Assembly (NCBI GenBank): GCA_947085095.1
Contig: CAMTVD010000014.1
Span: 211,939 to 275,938, forward strand
From: an uncultured Thermus sp.
GTDB taxonomy: Bacteria > Deinococcota > Deinococci > Deinococcales > Thermaceae
Length of the DNA stretch: 64,000 nt
Direction: 5' to 3'
Shown here: positions 1-9,744 of the stretch, in pieces
Layout: each line of letters starts with the position of its first letter
How positions within the stretch are numbered: the first letter of the stretch is position 1
Notes under the pieces: generated by a model
Seen by the model: only the letters and a program-made list of their open reading frames with translations
Database searches by the model: none
What the model was told of the DNA's origin: nothing
Translations under genes and position numbers: made by a program

Positions 1-1
1 G

Positions 2-517
2 GGGGACAGGACGGAGCAGGGGGTGGGGGGCGGGGTCTGCCAGGTGTCCACCACCCTATTCAGGGCCTTCTTCTTCGCGGGCCTCCCCATCCTGGAGCGC
101 CACGCCCACAGCTACCAGGTGGCCTACTACCAGCCCACGGGGCTGGACGCCGCCGTCATCGCCCCTTACAGGGACCTGAAGGTCCTGAACGACACCCCGG
201 GGCACATCCTGGTGCAGCGCTCCGTGGTGGGAACGAGGCTCCGCTTCCACCTCTTCGGCACCAAGGACCGGGAGGTGCGCTACGAAGGGCCCTTCATCAC
301 CGACCGTAAGCCCCCCCTTCCCCCGCGGGAGATCCTGGACCCCACCTTGCCCCCGGGGGCGCGCAAGCAGGTGGACTTCGCCGCCGAGGGGGCCCGGGTG
401 GAGTGGCGGCGCCTGGTCCGCTACCAAGACGGCAGGGTGCGGGAGGACAAGGTGGTGAGCCTCTACCGCCCCTGGGGGGCGGTCTACCTGGTGGGGCCTA
501 GGCGGGAAGCTCCATAA
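2..517 (+). CDS. VanW-family protein, C-terminal part (5' end outside window)
   Basis: GGGVCQVSTTL...ERHAHS...DA signature of VanW-like domains; the frame is open from the window edge. Confidence 0.8.
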   Translation, partial: GDRTEQGVGGGVCQVSTTLFRAFFFAGLPILERHAHSYQVAYYQPTGLDAAVIAPYRDLKVLNDTPGHILVQRSVVGTRLRFHLFGTKDREVRYEGPFITDRKPPLPPREILDPTLPPGARKQVDFAAEGARVEWRRLVRYQDGRVREDKVVSLYRPWGAVYLVGPRREAP

Positions 518-761
518 GGATGGCCCGTTCCACGGGAAGGAGGCGGTGGGGTTCCTGCACCCATGCTCCTTCCCCCCGCCGAAGGTGGAAGTAGCGTCCC
601 TCAGGGAGGTCAATGACCAGCTCCCCCTCCAATAGGAGGTAGAAGGCGCTCTCCTCCCGCTCTTCTGGGGCCTTTAGGGTGTAGGCCTTGAGGGGAAGGC
701 CCGGCACCTCTACCTGGCCTTCCCGGGCCAGGCGCAGGAGGTGGAGCTTGAGGCTTGCCAT
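498..761 (-). CDS. Small cupin-like protein
   Basis: 87 aa with cupin-like pattern (E..FYLLLEGEL...LRRGEG...PH); start overlaps the topA stop. Confidence 0.6.
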   Translation of the reverse strand: MASLKLHLLRLAREGQVEVPGLPLKAYTLKAPEEREESAFYLLLEGELVIDLPEGRYFHLRRGEGAWVQEPHRLLPVERAILMELPA

Positions 762-3259
762 CAGGTGGGGGCCACCTCCTTCTTAGCCCGCCCTTTGCGC
801 ATGCGAAGCTTGAAAAGGGCCCGCTGGGCCAGCCTGGCCTCCTCCCCGGCCAGGGGCTTTCCTTGGGCCAGGCCCTCGAGGGCCCGCCTCTCCGCCTCGG
901 GAAGCTCGGGAAGGAAGGGCTTTAGGTCCGCCCAGTCCTTAGGGGGCGCGGGGGCCTTCTTCCCTTTGACGGCCCTTTGGGGTGGGGAACCCTTGGGGCT
1001 TGGCACCAGGCGCGGCTCGTGCTCCGGGCAGGCGGGGTTCATGCAGGCCGCCTTCTTGCCCTTCTCCACCAGGGGCCAGCCGCAGGCGGGGCAGGGGGTG
1101 GGGAGGAGGGGGTAGAAGGAGAGGAAGCCGCAGGCCCGGTTCTCACATTTGTAGTAGGGCTTGCCCCGCTTGCCCCGCTTTTCCAGGATCCGCCCCCCGC
1201 ACTTGGGGCAGGCTCTTCCCGTGGGGGTGCCGTCGTCCCGGGTGTAGCCGCACTCCGGGTAGCCCGAGCAGGCGATGAAGCTCCCGTACCGCCCCTCCTT
1301 GCGCACGAGGGGCCTACCGCACTGGGGGCAGGCTTCCCCCAAGGCCTCCGCCTCCTTCTTCTCCAAGGGCTCGGTGTGGGTGCACTCGGGGTAGCCCGTG
1401 CACCCCAGGAACTGGCCGAAGCGGCTCACCTTGAGCTCCAGGGGGCGGCCGCATTTGGGGCAGGTCTTTTTGGGCACCCGGTTGAGCTCCGCCAAAAAGG
1501 GTTCGTAGAACTCCAGGACCACCTGGGGCCAGGGGGCCTGGCCCTCCTCCACCTGGTCCAGGCGGTCCTCCATGCGGGCGGTGAACTCGTAGGCCACCAC
1601 CTGGGGGAAGCGCTCCTTGAGGTAGCGGGTCACCTCCCGGCCCAAGGGGGTGGGGAGGAGGGTGCGGCCCCGCCTTTCCACGTAACCCCGCTTTTCTAGG
1701 GTTTCCAGGGTGGGGGCGTAGGTGGAGGGGCGGCCGATGCCCAGCTCCTCCATGGCCTTGACCAGGGTGGCGTCGGTGTAGCGGGGCGGGGGCTCGGTGT
1801 GGCGCTCCTCGGCCTTCACCTCCAGAAGCTCGGCCCTGGCCCCCTCGGAAAGGGCGGGCACAGGGGGCTCCGCTTTGGGGCCCCCTTCCCCCAAATGAAC
1901 CTCTTCCTCCCCCTCCCTGCCCCAGGCCTTCAGGTAGCCCTCAAACCGGAGGACCGAGCCCGAGGCCCGGAAGAGGAACCGGGGCCCTACCCGGCCCTCG
2001 TCCTGAAAAAGCACCACCGTCTGCTCGTAGAGGGCCTCCCTCATCTGGCTGGCCAGAAAGCGCCGCCAGATCAGCTCGTAAAGGCGGTACTCCTCCTCGG
2101 AGAGGTACTTGCGCACTGCCTCGGGGGTGCGCCTGGGGTCCGTGGGGCGGATGGCCTCGTGGGCGTCCTGCACCCCCTCCTTCCGGTTCCTGTAGACCCT
2201 GGGGGCCTCGGGCAGGTACTCGGGGCCGAAGGCCTCCCCGATGACCTCCCGGGCCGCCTGGAGGGCCTCGGGGGAGACCCGCACCGAGTCCGTGCGCATG
2301 TAGGTGATGAGGCCCACGGTGCCCTCGGGCAGGTCCACGCCCTCGTAGAGGCGCTGGGCGATGCGCATGGTGCGGCCTGCGGTGTAGCCCAGGCGGCTAC
2401 TGGCCGCCTGCTGCAGGGTGGAGGTGGTGAAGGGGGGTGGCGGGGCCTTGCGCCGCTCCTTGGTCTCCACCTGGGCCACCCGGTAGGGGAGTCTGGCCGC
2501 CTCCTGGGCCAGCTTCCTGGCTTCCCCCTCCGTGGCCAGGTGGCGTTTCCCCTCCTTCTCCCCCTGACCTGTCCAGAGGCGCTGGCCCTCCACCTCGTAA
2601 AGGGCGGCCCAGACCTCCTTTCCTTCCACCGCAAAGCGGCCGGAAAGGAGCCAGTAGGCCTCCTTTTGGAAGGCCTCTATCTCCTCCTCCCGCTCCACCA
2701 CCAGCCTCAAGGCCACGCTCTGTACCCGGCCGGCGGAGAGGGCCCGCTTGCGGAACTCCAGGGAGAGGAGGGGGGAGAGGTTGTACCCCACCAGGCGGTC
2801 CAAAACGCGCCGGGCCTGCTGGGCGTCCACCAGGTTCTGGTCTATGGGCCTGGGCCTCTCCACCGCCCCCTTCACTACCTTTGGGGTGATCTCGTGGAAC
2901 TCCACCCGGATGGGCTCCTTGGGATCCCGTCCCAGAAGGCGGGCCACGTGCCAGCCGATGGCCTCCCCCTCCCGGTCGGGGTCGGTGGCGATGAGAAGGC
3001 GCTTGCCCTGGGCGGCCCGCTTCAACTCTTCCACCACCGGCTTCTTGTCCTTCTTCACCTCGTAGGTGGGGGCGAAGTCCCGCGCCACGTCCACCCCCAG
3101 GGTCCTCTCCGGGAGGTCGGCCACATGGCCCTTGCTGGCCCGGACCTCGTAGCCGGGCCCCAGCATCTTCTGGATGCTTTTGGCCTTGGCGGGGGACTCC
3201 ACCACCACCAAGGTGGCGGCCCGGCTCTCTTCCCCCTGGGTCTTGGGCTTCCTCGGCAT
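761..3259 (-). CDS. topA: DNA topoisomerase I (type IA)
   Basis: VVVESPAKAK, ATDPDREGEAI, SAGRVQS, ITYMRTDS (catalytic Tyr), AHEAIRPT, GIGRPSTY; C-terminal CPxCG Zn ribbons. Confidence 0.98.
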   Translation of the reverse strand: MPRKPKTQGEESRAATLVVVESPAKAKSIQKMLGPGYEVRASKGHVADLPERTLGVDVARDFAPTYEVKKDKKPVVEELKRAAQGKRLLIATDPDREGEAIGWHVARLLGRDPKEPIRVEFHEITPKVVKGAVERPRPIDQNLVDAQQARRVLDRLVGYNLSPLLSLEFRKRALSAGRVQSVALRLVVEREEEIEAFQKEAYWLLSGRFAVEGKEVWAALYEVEGQRLWTGQGEKEGKRHLATEGEARKLAQEAARLPYRVAQVETKERRKAPPPPFTTSTLQQAASSRLGYTAGRTMRIAQRLYEGVDLPEGTVGLITYMRTDSVRVSPEALQAAREVIGEAFGPEYLPEAPRVYRNRKEGVQDAHEAIRPTDPRRTPEAVRKYLSEEEYRLYELIWRRFLASQMREALYEQTVVLFQDEGRVGPRFLFRASGSVLRFEGYLKAWGREGEEEVHLGEGGPKAEPPVPALSEGARAELLEVKAEERHTEPPPRYTDATLVKAMEELGIGRPSTYAPTLETLEKRGYVERRGRTLLPTPLGREVTRYLKERFPQVVAYEFTARMEDRLDQVEEGQAPWPQVVLEFYEPFLAELNRVPKKTCPKCGRPLELKVSRFGQFLGCTGYPECTHTEPLEKKEAEALGEACPQCGRPLVRKEGRYGSFIACSGYPECGYTRDDGTPTGRACPKCGGRILEKRGKRGKPYYKCENRACGFLSFYPLLPTPCPACGWPLVEKGKKAACMNPACPEHEPRLVPSPKGSPPQRAVKGKKAPAPPKDWADLKPFLPELPEAERRALEGLAQGKPLAGEEARLAQRALFKLRMRKGRAKKEVAPT

Positions 3260-3292
3260 CGCCCCCTATTTAGGGGGGTGGGCCGGGCCTTG

Positions 3293-4615
3293 TCAAGCCC
3301 GGTCCTTCCCTTTGAGGTCCACCCCGGGGTAGCTCCGGGGGAGGAGTTTCCGCTCCCAGGCGGCCTTGTGGAGCTCCTCCCGGAAGTCGGGGTGGGCGAT
3401 CCCTATGAGGGCCAGGGCCCTTTCCCTGAGGGAGCGGCCGAAGAGCTCGGCCACCCCCCACTCGGTGACCACGTAGTGCACGTCCGCCCGGGTGGTGACC
3501 ACCCCGGCTCCCGGCTTCAGGTAGGGGACGATGCGGCTATGTCCCTTGGCGGTGGAGGGGAGGGCGATGATGGGCTTACCCCCTTCGCTCCGGGCCGCTC
3601 CCCGGATGAAGTCCAGCTGACCCCCGAAGCCCGAGTAGATGCGGGTGCCGATGGAGTCCGCCACCACCTGGCCGGTGAGGTCCACCTCAATGGCGGAGTT
3701 GATGGCCACCATCTTGCGGTTCTGGGCGATGACGAAGGGGTCGTTCACGTAGTCCGCGGGGTGGAGTTCAAAAAGGGGGTTGTCGTGGACGAAGCGGTAA
3801 AGCCTTTCCGAACCCAGGACAAAGGTGCCGATGATCTTCCCCGGGTGGAGGGTCTTTTTGCTCCCGGTGAGGAGGCCCTTTTCCAGGGCCTCCAGCACCC
3901 CGTCGGAGATCATCTCCGTGTGCACCCCGAGGTCGCGGCGCCCCTCGAGGCTGGCCAAGACGGCGTCCGGGATGGCCCCAATGCCCATCTGCAGGGTGGA
4001 CCCGTCCTCTATGAGGCCCGCCACGTGCTCCCCGATGCGCCTCTCCACCTCCCCGAAGCCCTCCCGCTTTAGCTCGGGCAGGGGGTAGTCCATCTCCACG
4101 ATGGCGGTGAAGCGGGAGACGTGGACGAAGGTGTCCCCCAGGGTCCTGGGCATCCTGGGGTTCACCATGGCGATGACGATGGGAGCGGCTTCCAGGGCGG
4201 CCTTGGAGGCGATGACCTCCACCCCCAAGGAGCAGAAGCCGTGCTCGTCGGGGGGGGAGACCTGGACGATGGCGGCGTCCAGGGGCAGGACCCGGCGCTT
4301 GAAGAGCCAGGGGACCTGGTGGAGCATGATGGGCACGTAGTCGGCCCGGCCCTGGTTCACCGACTCCCGGTCGGCGGGGCCCACGAAAAGGGAGCGCCTG
4401 CGGAAGTGCCCCTCCATCTCGGGGCTGGCGAAGGGGTCGTGGCCCAACTGCAGAAGGTGGATGAGCTCCACCCCTTCCAGTTCGCCCTTGCGGGCGGCCA
4501 GGGCCTCCAGGAGGGGCGTGGGGGTGGCGGCGTTGCCGGAGACGAAGACCCGCATTCCCGAGCGGATCAGGGTGACGGCGTCCTCGGGAGAGGTCAGCTT
4601 CTTGCGGTAGCTCAT
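3293..4615 (-). CDS. Acetyl-CoA hydrolase / short-chain acyl-CoA (4-hydroxybutyrate) CoA-transferase
   Basis: TLQMGIGAIP, LGVHTEM, NSAIEVDLTGQV, SGFGGQLDF motifs of family I CoA transferases. Confidence 0.92.
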   Translation of the reverse strand: MSYRKKLTSPEDAVTLIRSGMRVFVSGNAATPTPLLEALAARKGELEGVELIHLLQLGHDPFASPEMEGHFRRRSLFVGPADRESVNQGRADYVPIMLHQVPWLFKRRVLPLDAAIVQVSPPDEHGFCSLGVEVIASKAALEAAPIVIAMVNPRMPRTLGDTFVHVSRFTAIVEMDYPLPELKREGFGEVERRIGEHVAGLIEDGSTLQMGIGAIPDAVLASLEGRRDLGVHTEMISDGVLEALEKGLLTGSKKTLHPGKIIGTFVLGSERLYRFVHDNPLFELHPADYVNDPFVIAQNRKMVAINSAIEVDLTGQVVADSIGTRIYSGFGGQLDFIRGAARSEGGKPIIALPSTAKGHSRIVPYLKPGAGVVTTRADVHYVVTEWGVAELFGRSLRERALALIGIAHPDFREELHKAAWERKLLPRSYPGVDLKGKDRA

Positions 4616-5673
4616 TCTAGGTGGCCTCCTTTCTGGCCCAGGGCCAGGTAAGCTCCCTGGCGCAGGGCGGGGACCTGGAGAGGGTCGTCCTCCAGCTCCA
4701 GCAGGAAGGGGAGGAGGGTGGCGGTGAGGGCGTGGCTGGCGGTGCGGGGCACCAGGGCGGGGACGTTGGGCAGGCAGAAGTGGGTGACGCCCATCTCCTG
4801 GTAGATGCCCACCCGGCTGGTTTCCGCTATGCCCCCCTGGTCAATGGCGAAGTCCAGGAGGACGCTCCCCGGGCGCATGCGGGAGAGGAGGTCCCGGGTG
4901 AGGAGGAGAGGGGTGCGCTCCCCCGGCACGGCCACCGCCCCCACCAACACGTCGGCGAAGGCCACGTAGCGCTCCAAGCGGCTTTGGGTGATGAGGGCGG
5001 TCACCGCCCCCGGGGCCTCCTTGGCCGCTTCCTCTAAGGCGGTGAGCTCCTTGTCCAGGAGGTAGACCAAGGCCCCTGCCCCCAGGAAGGCCCGGGCCGC
5101 GGCCCGGCCCAGCACCCCCGCTCCCAGGATCACCACGTCGGCGGGGGGGATGCCGGGAAGGCCGGAGAGGAGAACCCCGGGGCCCAGGGGGGCCTCGAGG
5201 AGCCGCCCGGCGATCTGGGGGGCGAGCCTCCCGGCGATCTCGCTCATGGCCTTGAGGACGGGGCGCTTTTCCCCGTCCCCCACCAGCTCATAACCGATGG
5301 CGGTGAGGCCCTTCTCCGCCATGGCCTCAATGAGGCCCGACTCCGCGGTGGCCAGGTGCAGAAAGCCCATCAGGGTGGCCTCGGGGCGGAGGAGTTCCAC
5401 CTCCTCGAGGGTGGGCCTGGCCACCTTCAGCACCACCTCGCCCCGGCCGAAGGCCTCTTCCCGGCTCACCAGCCGGGCCCCAGCCGCTTCGTAAAGGGCG
5501 TCGGGGAAGCCCGCCCTCTCCCCGGCCCCCCGCTCCACGTAGACCCGGTGCCCCTTGGCGGAAAGCTCCCGCACCCCTTGGGGGGTGAGGGCCACCCGGC
5601 CTTCCCGCACCTCCTCCCCGAAAGGGGGGAGGGTCTTGAGCCCTAGGCGTTCCTTGGGCAACCCTATGTCCAT
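4612..5673 (-). CDS. Alanine-dehydrogenase-like protein, probably catalytically altered
   Basis: AlaDH-fold motifs (EGRVALTP, FLHLA, MSEIAGR, GAGVLG, DQGG) but KVARP where the ald paralogue has KVKEP. Start moved to ATG 5673 behind GGAGG. Confidence 0.85.
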   Translation of the reverse strand: MDIGLPKERLGLKTLPPFGEEVREGRVALTPQGVRELSAKGHRVYVERGAGERAGFPDALYEAAGARLVSREEAFGRGEVVLKVARPTLEEVELLRPEATLMGFLHLATAESGLIEAMAEKGLTAIGYELVGDGEKRPVLKAMSEIAGRLAPQIAGRLLEAPLGPGVLLSGLPGIPPADVVILGAGVLGRAAARAFLGAGALVYLLDKELTALEEAAKEAPGAVTALITQSRLERYVAFADVLVGAVAVPGERTPLLLTRDLLSRMRPGSVLLDFAIDQGGIAETSRVGIYQEMGVTHFCLPNVPALVPRTASHALTATLLPFLLELEDDPLQVPALRQGAYLALGQKGGHLE

Positions 5674-5758
5674 ACCCACCTCCCACCCGAGCTTACGCCA
5701 GGGCGCAAAGGCGGATGTCCCTTTTCCTTCTCATGGGCCTCCCCCTTAGGCTTTTCTC

Positions 5759-6238
5759 GTGGAGGCCTTTGCCGACTGGCTCTTTGTGGTCCTTTGGGTC
5801 CTTGGGGTACTCCTCACCTTTGTCCCCTTCGTCCCGGCCACCCTGGTCGTCCTCCTGGCGGCCTTTTTGCACGAGCTCCTCGTGGGCTTCCGGGAGCTTT
5901 CCTTGGGAACCTGGCTCCTCCTTGGGGTCCTGGCCCTTTTGGCCATGACCCTGGACAACGTGGCCGCCCTTCTCGGGGCCAAGCGCTACGGGGCGGGACG
6001 GGCTGGGCTCTGGGGGGCGTTTATCGGCGGCCTTTTGGGCCTTTTCTTGGGCGTATTGGGAATCCTCCTCCTCCCCTTCCTCCTGGCCTGGCTCTTTGAG
6101 TACCTCTCGGGCCGGACACCTGGGGAGGCCTTGAGGGCCGCCTGGGGCACCCTGGTGGGCCTCATGGGGGGCGTGGTGGCCAAGGTTCTGGTCCACCTGG
6201 CCATGGGGCTTTTGGTGGTGCGGGCCATCTTCCAGTAG
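5759..6238 (+). CDS. DUF456-like membrane protein
   Basis: Hydrophobic 159 aa with P.VPA and GAKRYGAG..G.WGA pattern; TAGGCT -10 box 6 nt before GTG. Confidence 0.75.
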   Translation: MEAFADWLFVVLWVLGVLLTFVPFVPATLVVLLAAFLHELLVGFRELSLGTWLLLGVLALLAMTLDNVAALLGAKRYGAGRAGLWGAFIGGLLGLFLGVLGILLLPFLLAWLFEYLSGRTPGEALRAAWGTLVGLMGGVVAKVLVHLAMGLLVVRAIFQ

Positions 6239-6248
6239 GCTTAGGCCC

Positions 6249-6488
6249 ATGGGCTTGGTCTTGGTCACCCGGGAGGGGTGCGGGCTTTGTGAGAGGGCGG
6301 AGCGGGCCCTTTGGACCCTGGGGGTGCCCTACGTGCGGCGGGAAGTGGACCGGGAGCCGGAGCTTTCCCCCTATGGCCTCCGCGTGCCCGTCCTCCTTTG
6401 GGAAAGCGGGGAGGTGCTCTTAGAAGGCGCTTTTGGCGAAAGGGAACTCTTGGCCCTTATGGAAAGACCCTTAGGAGGTGAGGCGTGA
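6249..6488 (+). CDS. Glutaredoxin-like protein
   Basis: TREGCGLC (CxxC) and YG.RVPVL. Confidence 0.8.
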   Translation: MGLVLVTREGCGLCERAERALWTLGVPYVRREVDREPELSPYGLRVPVLLWESGEVLLEGAFGERELLALMERPLGGEA

Positions 6489-7327
6489 ATCCCACCATGA
6501 TAGAGATCGGTCCTTTGCGCATCCAGTGGTACGGCTTTCTCCTTACCCTGGCCATCCTCATCGGCTTTGAGCTGGCCAAGCGCCGGCTGAAGGCCTGGGG
6601 CTTTGACCCGGAGAAGTTTGAGACCGTGGCCTTCTTTGCCGTGGTCTTTGGCGTGGTGGGGGCCAGGCTGGGTTACGTCCTCACTTCTCCCGGATACTTC
6701 CTGGAAAACCCCGTGGAGATCCTCTACATCTGGCACGGGGGCCTCTCCTTCCACGGGGCCATTTTGGGCGGGGCCTTGGTTTTCTTCTACTACCACAAGA
6801 AGAAGGGTTACCCCCTCTGGCCCTACCTGGACGCCACCGCCCCGGGGGTGGCCTTGGGCATCCTCGCCGGGCGCATCGGCAACCTGATGAACGGCTCGGA
6901 CACTGCAGGCCGCCTCACCACCCTGCCCATCGGCTTCACCTGGCCGGAGTGGGCCAAGGGCTTTCCTGGGGTCTGCCCCGGGATTGACGACATCACCCAG
7001 GTCTACCAGTGCGCGGAGCTCCTCAGGGGCCCGGTCCACCTCACCCAGGTCTACGGGGCCCTGGTGGGGCTCATCCTCCTGCCCCTGTCCTACTACTGGC
7101 TCAGGAAGAAGCCCTTCTACGGCTACGCTTTCTGGCAACTGATCCTCTGGTACAGCGTCTTGCGCTCGGTTTTGGAGGAGCCCTTCCGCCTCAACCCCCT
7201 CTGGCTCCCGGTTTACCGGAACGAGGAGCTGGGGATCGGCCTCTTCACCGCCACCCAGGTGGTGAGCCTCCCCCTGATCCTGCTTTCCCTCTACATGCTG
7301 AGGCGGCTTCGCACCCAGACTGGCTAA
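6485..7327 (+). CDS. lgt: Prolipoprotein diacylglyceryl transferase
   Basis: [37 protein letters not shown] motifs. Confidence 0.95.
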   Translation: MNPTMIEIGPLRIQWYGFLLTLAILIGFELAKRRLKAWGFDPEKFETVAFFAVVFGVVGARLGYVLTSPGYFLENPVEILYIWHGGLSFHGAILGGALVFFYYHKKKGYPLWPYLDATAPGVALGILAGRIGNLMNGSDTAGRLTTLPIGFTWPEWAKGFPGVCPGIDDITQVYQCAELLRGPVHLTQVYGALVGLILLPLSYYWLRKKPFYGYAFWQLILWYSVLRSVLEEPFRLNPLWLPVYRNEELGIGLFTATQVVSLPLILLSLYMLRRLRTQTG

Positions 7328-7336
7328 GATAGAGGC

Positions 7337-8701
7337 ATGCACGCCCACGTGATTCTGGCCGCGGGGCAGGGGACCAGGATGAGGTCCCGCCTGCCCAAGG
7401 TGCTCCACCCCCTTTTGGGTAAGCCCATGCTGGCCTACGCCGTGGAGGCCGCCTTGGCCTTGGCCCCGGAGAAGCTGGTGGTGGTGGTGGGCCACGGGGC
7501 CGAGGCGGTGAAGGAGGCCCTGAAGGGCTACCCCGTGGTCTTCGCCGAGCAGAAGGAGCAGCTGGGCACCGCCCACGCCCTCCTGCAGGCGGAAAGCCTC
7601 CTGGGGGGTTTCCCTGGCCCCTTCCTGGTCACCCAGGGGGACACCCCCCTCCTCCGCCCCGAGACCCTGAAGGCCCTTTTGGCGGGGGTGCGGGAGGGGG
7701 CGGGCATGGCCCTCCTCACCGTGGAGCTCCCTGACCCCACGGGCTACGGCCGGATCCTTAGGGAGGGGGAGGAGGTCCTGGGCAACGTGGAGGAGAAGGA
7801 CGCCCCTCCCGAGGTCAAGGCCCTGAAGGAGGTGAACGCTGGAGCCTACGCCTTGGATGGCTTCCTCTTCCAGGCCCTCAAGGGGGTGCAGAACGAGAAC
7901 GCCGCCCGGGAGTACTACCTCCCCGACCTCATCGCCATCTATCGGGCTCATGGGAGGAAGGTGGTGGCGGTGCGGGGGGTGGCGGAGGAGGCCTTAGGGG
8001 TGAATACCCGGGAGGAGCTTTCCCGGGTAGAGGAGATTTTCTTGAGGGCTCTCCGCTCCCACTGGATGCGCCAGGGGGTGCGGATGGTCCTGCCGGAGAG
8101 CATCTACCTGGAGCCCACGGTGGAGCTTTCCCCCGATGTTACCCTCTGGCCTGGGGTGATCCTCAAGGGGCGGACCCGGATTGGGGAAGGGTGCGAGGTG
8201 GGGGCCTATAGCGTCCTGGAGGACACCATCCTGGAGGCCGGGGCCCGGGTTCACGCCCACACCGTGGCCCAGGGGGCCCACCTCTTCCCGGGGGCGGAGG
8301 CCGGGCCTTTCGCCCGTTTGCGCCCCGGGGCGGTCCTCAGGGAAGAGGTCCACGTGGGCAACTTCGTGGAGGTGAAGAAGAGCCTCCTCCACAAAGGGGT
8401 CAAGGCGGGCCACCTCGCCTACCTGGGGGATGCCGAGGTGGGGGAGGGGACGAACATCGGGGCTGGGGTCATCACCGCCAACTACGACGGGAAGCGAAAG
8501 CACAAGACCGAGATCGGCAAGAGGGCCTTCATCGGCTCGGATAGCGTCCTGGTGGCCCCGGTGAAGGTGGGGGATAAGGCCATGGTGGGGGCGGGGAGCG
8601 TCATCACCCAGGACGTGCCGGAAGGGGCCTTGGCCGTGGCCCGGGGGCGGCAGCGGAACCTCGAGGGCTACGCCCTGAAGAAGCTTTCGGAGGAAGGGTA
8701 G
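7337..8701 (+). CDS. glmU: Bifunctional UDP-GlcNAc pyrophosphorylase / glucosamine-1-P acetyltransferase
   Basis: ILAAGQGTRMRS.LPKVLH, GNFVEVK, HLAYLGDA, NYDG; hexapeptide repeats. Confidence 0.98.
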   Translation: MHAHVILAAGQGTRMRSRLPKVLHPLLGKPMLAYAVEAALALAPEKLVVVVGHGAEAVKEALKGYPVVFAEQKEQLGTAHALLQAESLLGGFPGPFLVTQGDTPLLRPETLKALLAGVREGAGMALLTVELPDPTGYGRILREGEEVLGNVEEKDAPPEVKALKEVNAGAYALDGFLFQALKGVQNENAAREYYLPDLIAIYRAHGRKVVAVRGVAEEALGVNTREELSRVEEIFLRALRSHWMRQGVRMVLPESIYLEPTVELSPDVTLWPGVILKGRTRIGEGCEVGAYSVLEDTILEAGARVHAHTVAQGAHLFPGAEAGPFARLRPGAVLREEVHVGNFVEVKKSLLHKGVKAGHLAYLGDAEVGEGTNIGAGVITANYDGKRKHKTEIGKRAFIGSDSVLVAPVKVGDKAMVGAGSVITQDVPEGALAVARGRQRNLEGYALKKLSEEG

Positions 8702-8746
8702 CCCCCTTCATCCCCCATTCAGCTTTCCGGTGGTAGACTAGAGGGC

Positions 8747-8971
8747 ATGAACCTGGGCATGCCGGAAATCCTGGTGATCCTGGTGGTGGCCCTCCTCATC
8801 TTTGGGCCCAAGAAGCTTCCCGAGCTGGGGCGCTCCCTGGGCCAGAGCATCCGCGAGTTCAAGCGGGGGGCCCAGGAGATCCGCGAGGAGCTGGAGAAGA
8901 GCGTGGAGGTCAAGGAGGTTAAGGAAGAACCCAAGCAGGGGGCCAAGCCCCAGGAGGAGACCAAGGCTTGA
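8747..8971 (+). CDS. tatA: Tat translocase subunit TatA/E
   Basis: Single TM helix then FGPKKLPELGRSLG..IREFK. Confidence 0.95.
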   Translation: MNLGMPEILVILVVALLIFGPKKLPELGRSLGQSIREFKRGAQEIREELEKSVEVKEVKEEPKQGAKPQEETKA

Positions 8972-9711
8972 AGGAAGCCCCCCTGGTAGAACATCTAGAG
9001 GAACTCCGCACCCGCCTCATCTGGGCCCTCCTTTCCTGGGCGGTGGGGGTTGGGGTGGCCTGGACGTTTAGGGTGGAGCTTCTGGAGTGGCTGAGGCGCC
9101 CTTTGGACCTGGCGGCCAAGGCCAACAACATCCAGGTGAACCTCATCGTCCTGGACATCACCGAACCCTTCTTGGTCTCCTTGAAGGTGGCCGCTTTTGG
9201 GGGCCTCGTCCTCGCCCTGCCCTTCATCGTTTACCAGGTCTGGGCCTTCATCGCCCCGGGGCTTTACGAGCACGAGAAGCGCCTGGCCGTCCCCTTCCTG
9301 CTGGGGGCGGGCTTCAGCTTCGCCCTGGGGGCCCTCTTCGCCTACTACGGCTTTTTGCCCTTCGCCATCCCCTTCCTCCTGGGCTTTCTGGGGGACGTGA
9401 TCACCCCCCAGATCTCCATCGGCCGGTACATGGGCCAGGTCCTCATGATGATGACGGTCTTGGGTCTGGTCTTTGAGATGCCGGTGGTGAGCTACCTCCT
9501 GGCCCGGCTCGGTATCCTCTCCTCGGACTTCCTGGCCCGCAACTGGCGGATCGCCGTGGTTCTCCTCCTCGCCCTGGCGGCGGTCATCACCCCCACGGTG
9601 GACGTGGTGAGCCTCACCATCGTCACCGGGCCCCTCCTGGTCCTTTACTGGATCTCGGTCCTGGTGGCCCGGGTGGCGGAAAGGAGGAGGCCCAAGGAGG
9701 AGACCGCTTGA
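8968..9711 (+). CDS. tatC: Tat translocase subunit TatC
   Basis: PLVEHLEELRTRL, YQVWAFIAPGLY..EK, FEMP, ITP. Confidence 0.96.
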   Translation: MKEAPLVEHLEELRTRLIWALLSWAVGVGVAWTFRVELLEWLRRPLDLAAKANNIQVNLIVLDITEPFLVSLKVAAFGGLVLALPFIVYQVWAFIAPGLYEHEKRLAVPFLLGAGFSFALGALFAYYGFLPFAIPFLLGFLGDVITPQISIGRYMGQVLMMMTVLGLVFEMPVVSYLLARLGILSSDFLARNWRIAVVLLLALAAVITPTVDVVSLTIVTGPLLVLYWISVLVARVAERRRPKEETA

Positions 9712-9744
9712 CAGCCAGGGGGAGCTTTCCCCATAAAATAGCCC

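Noticed and set aside
1799..4072. 757-aa plus-strand ORF and many similar long overlapping ORFs (e.g. 23501-25141, 6371-7951, 48861-50234)
   Set aside because: Antisense or alternate-frame shadows of well-supported genes, with no recognisable motifs.
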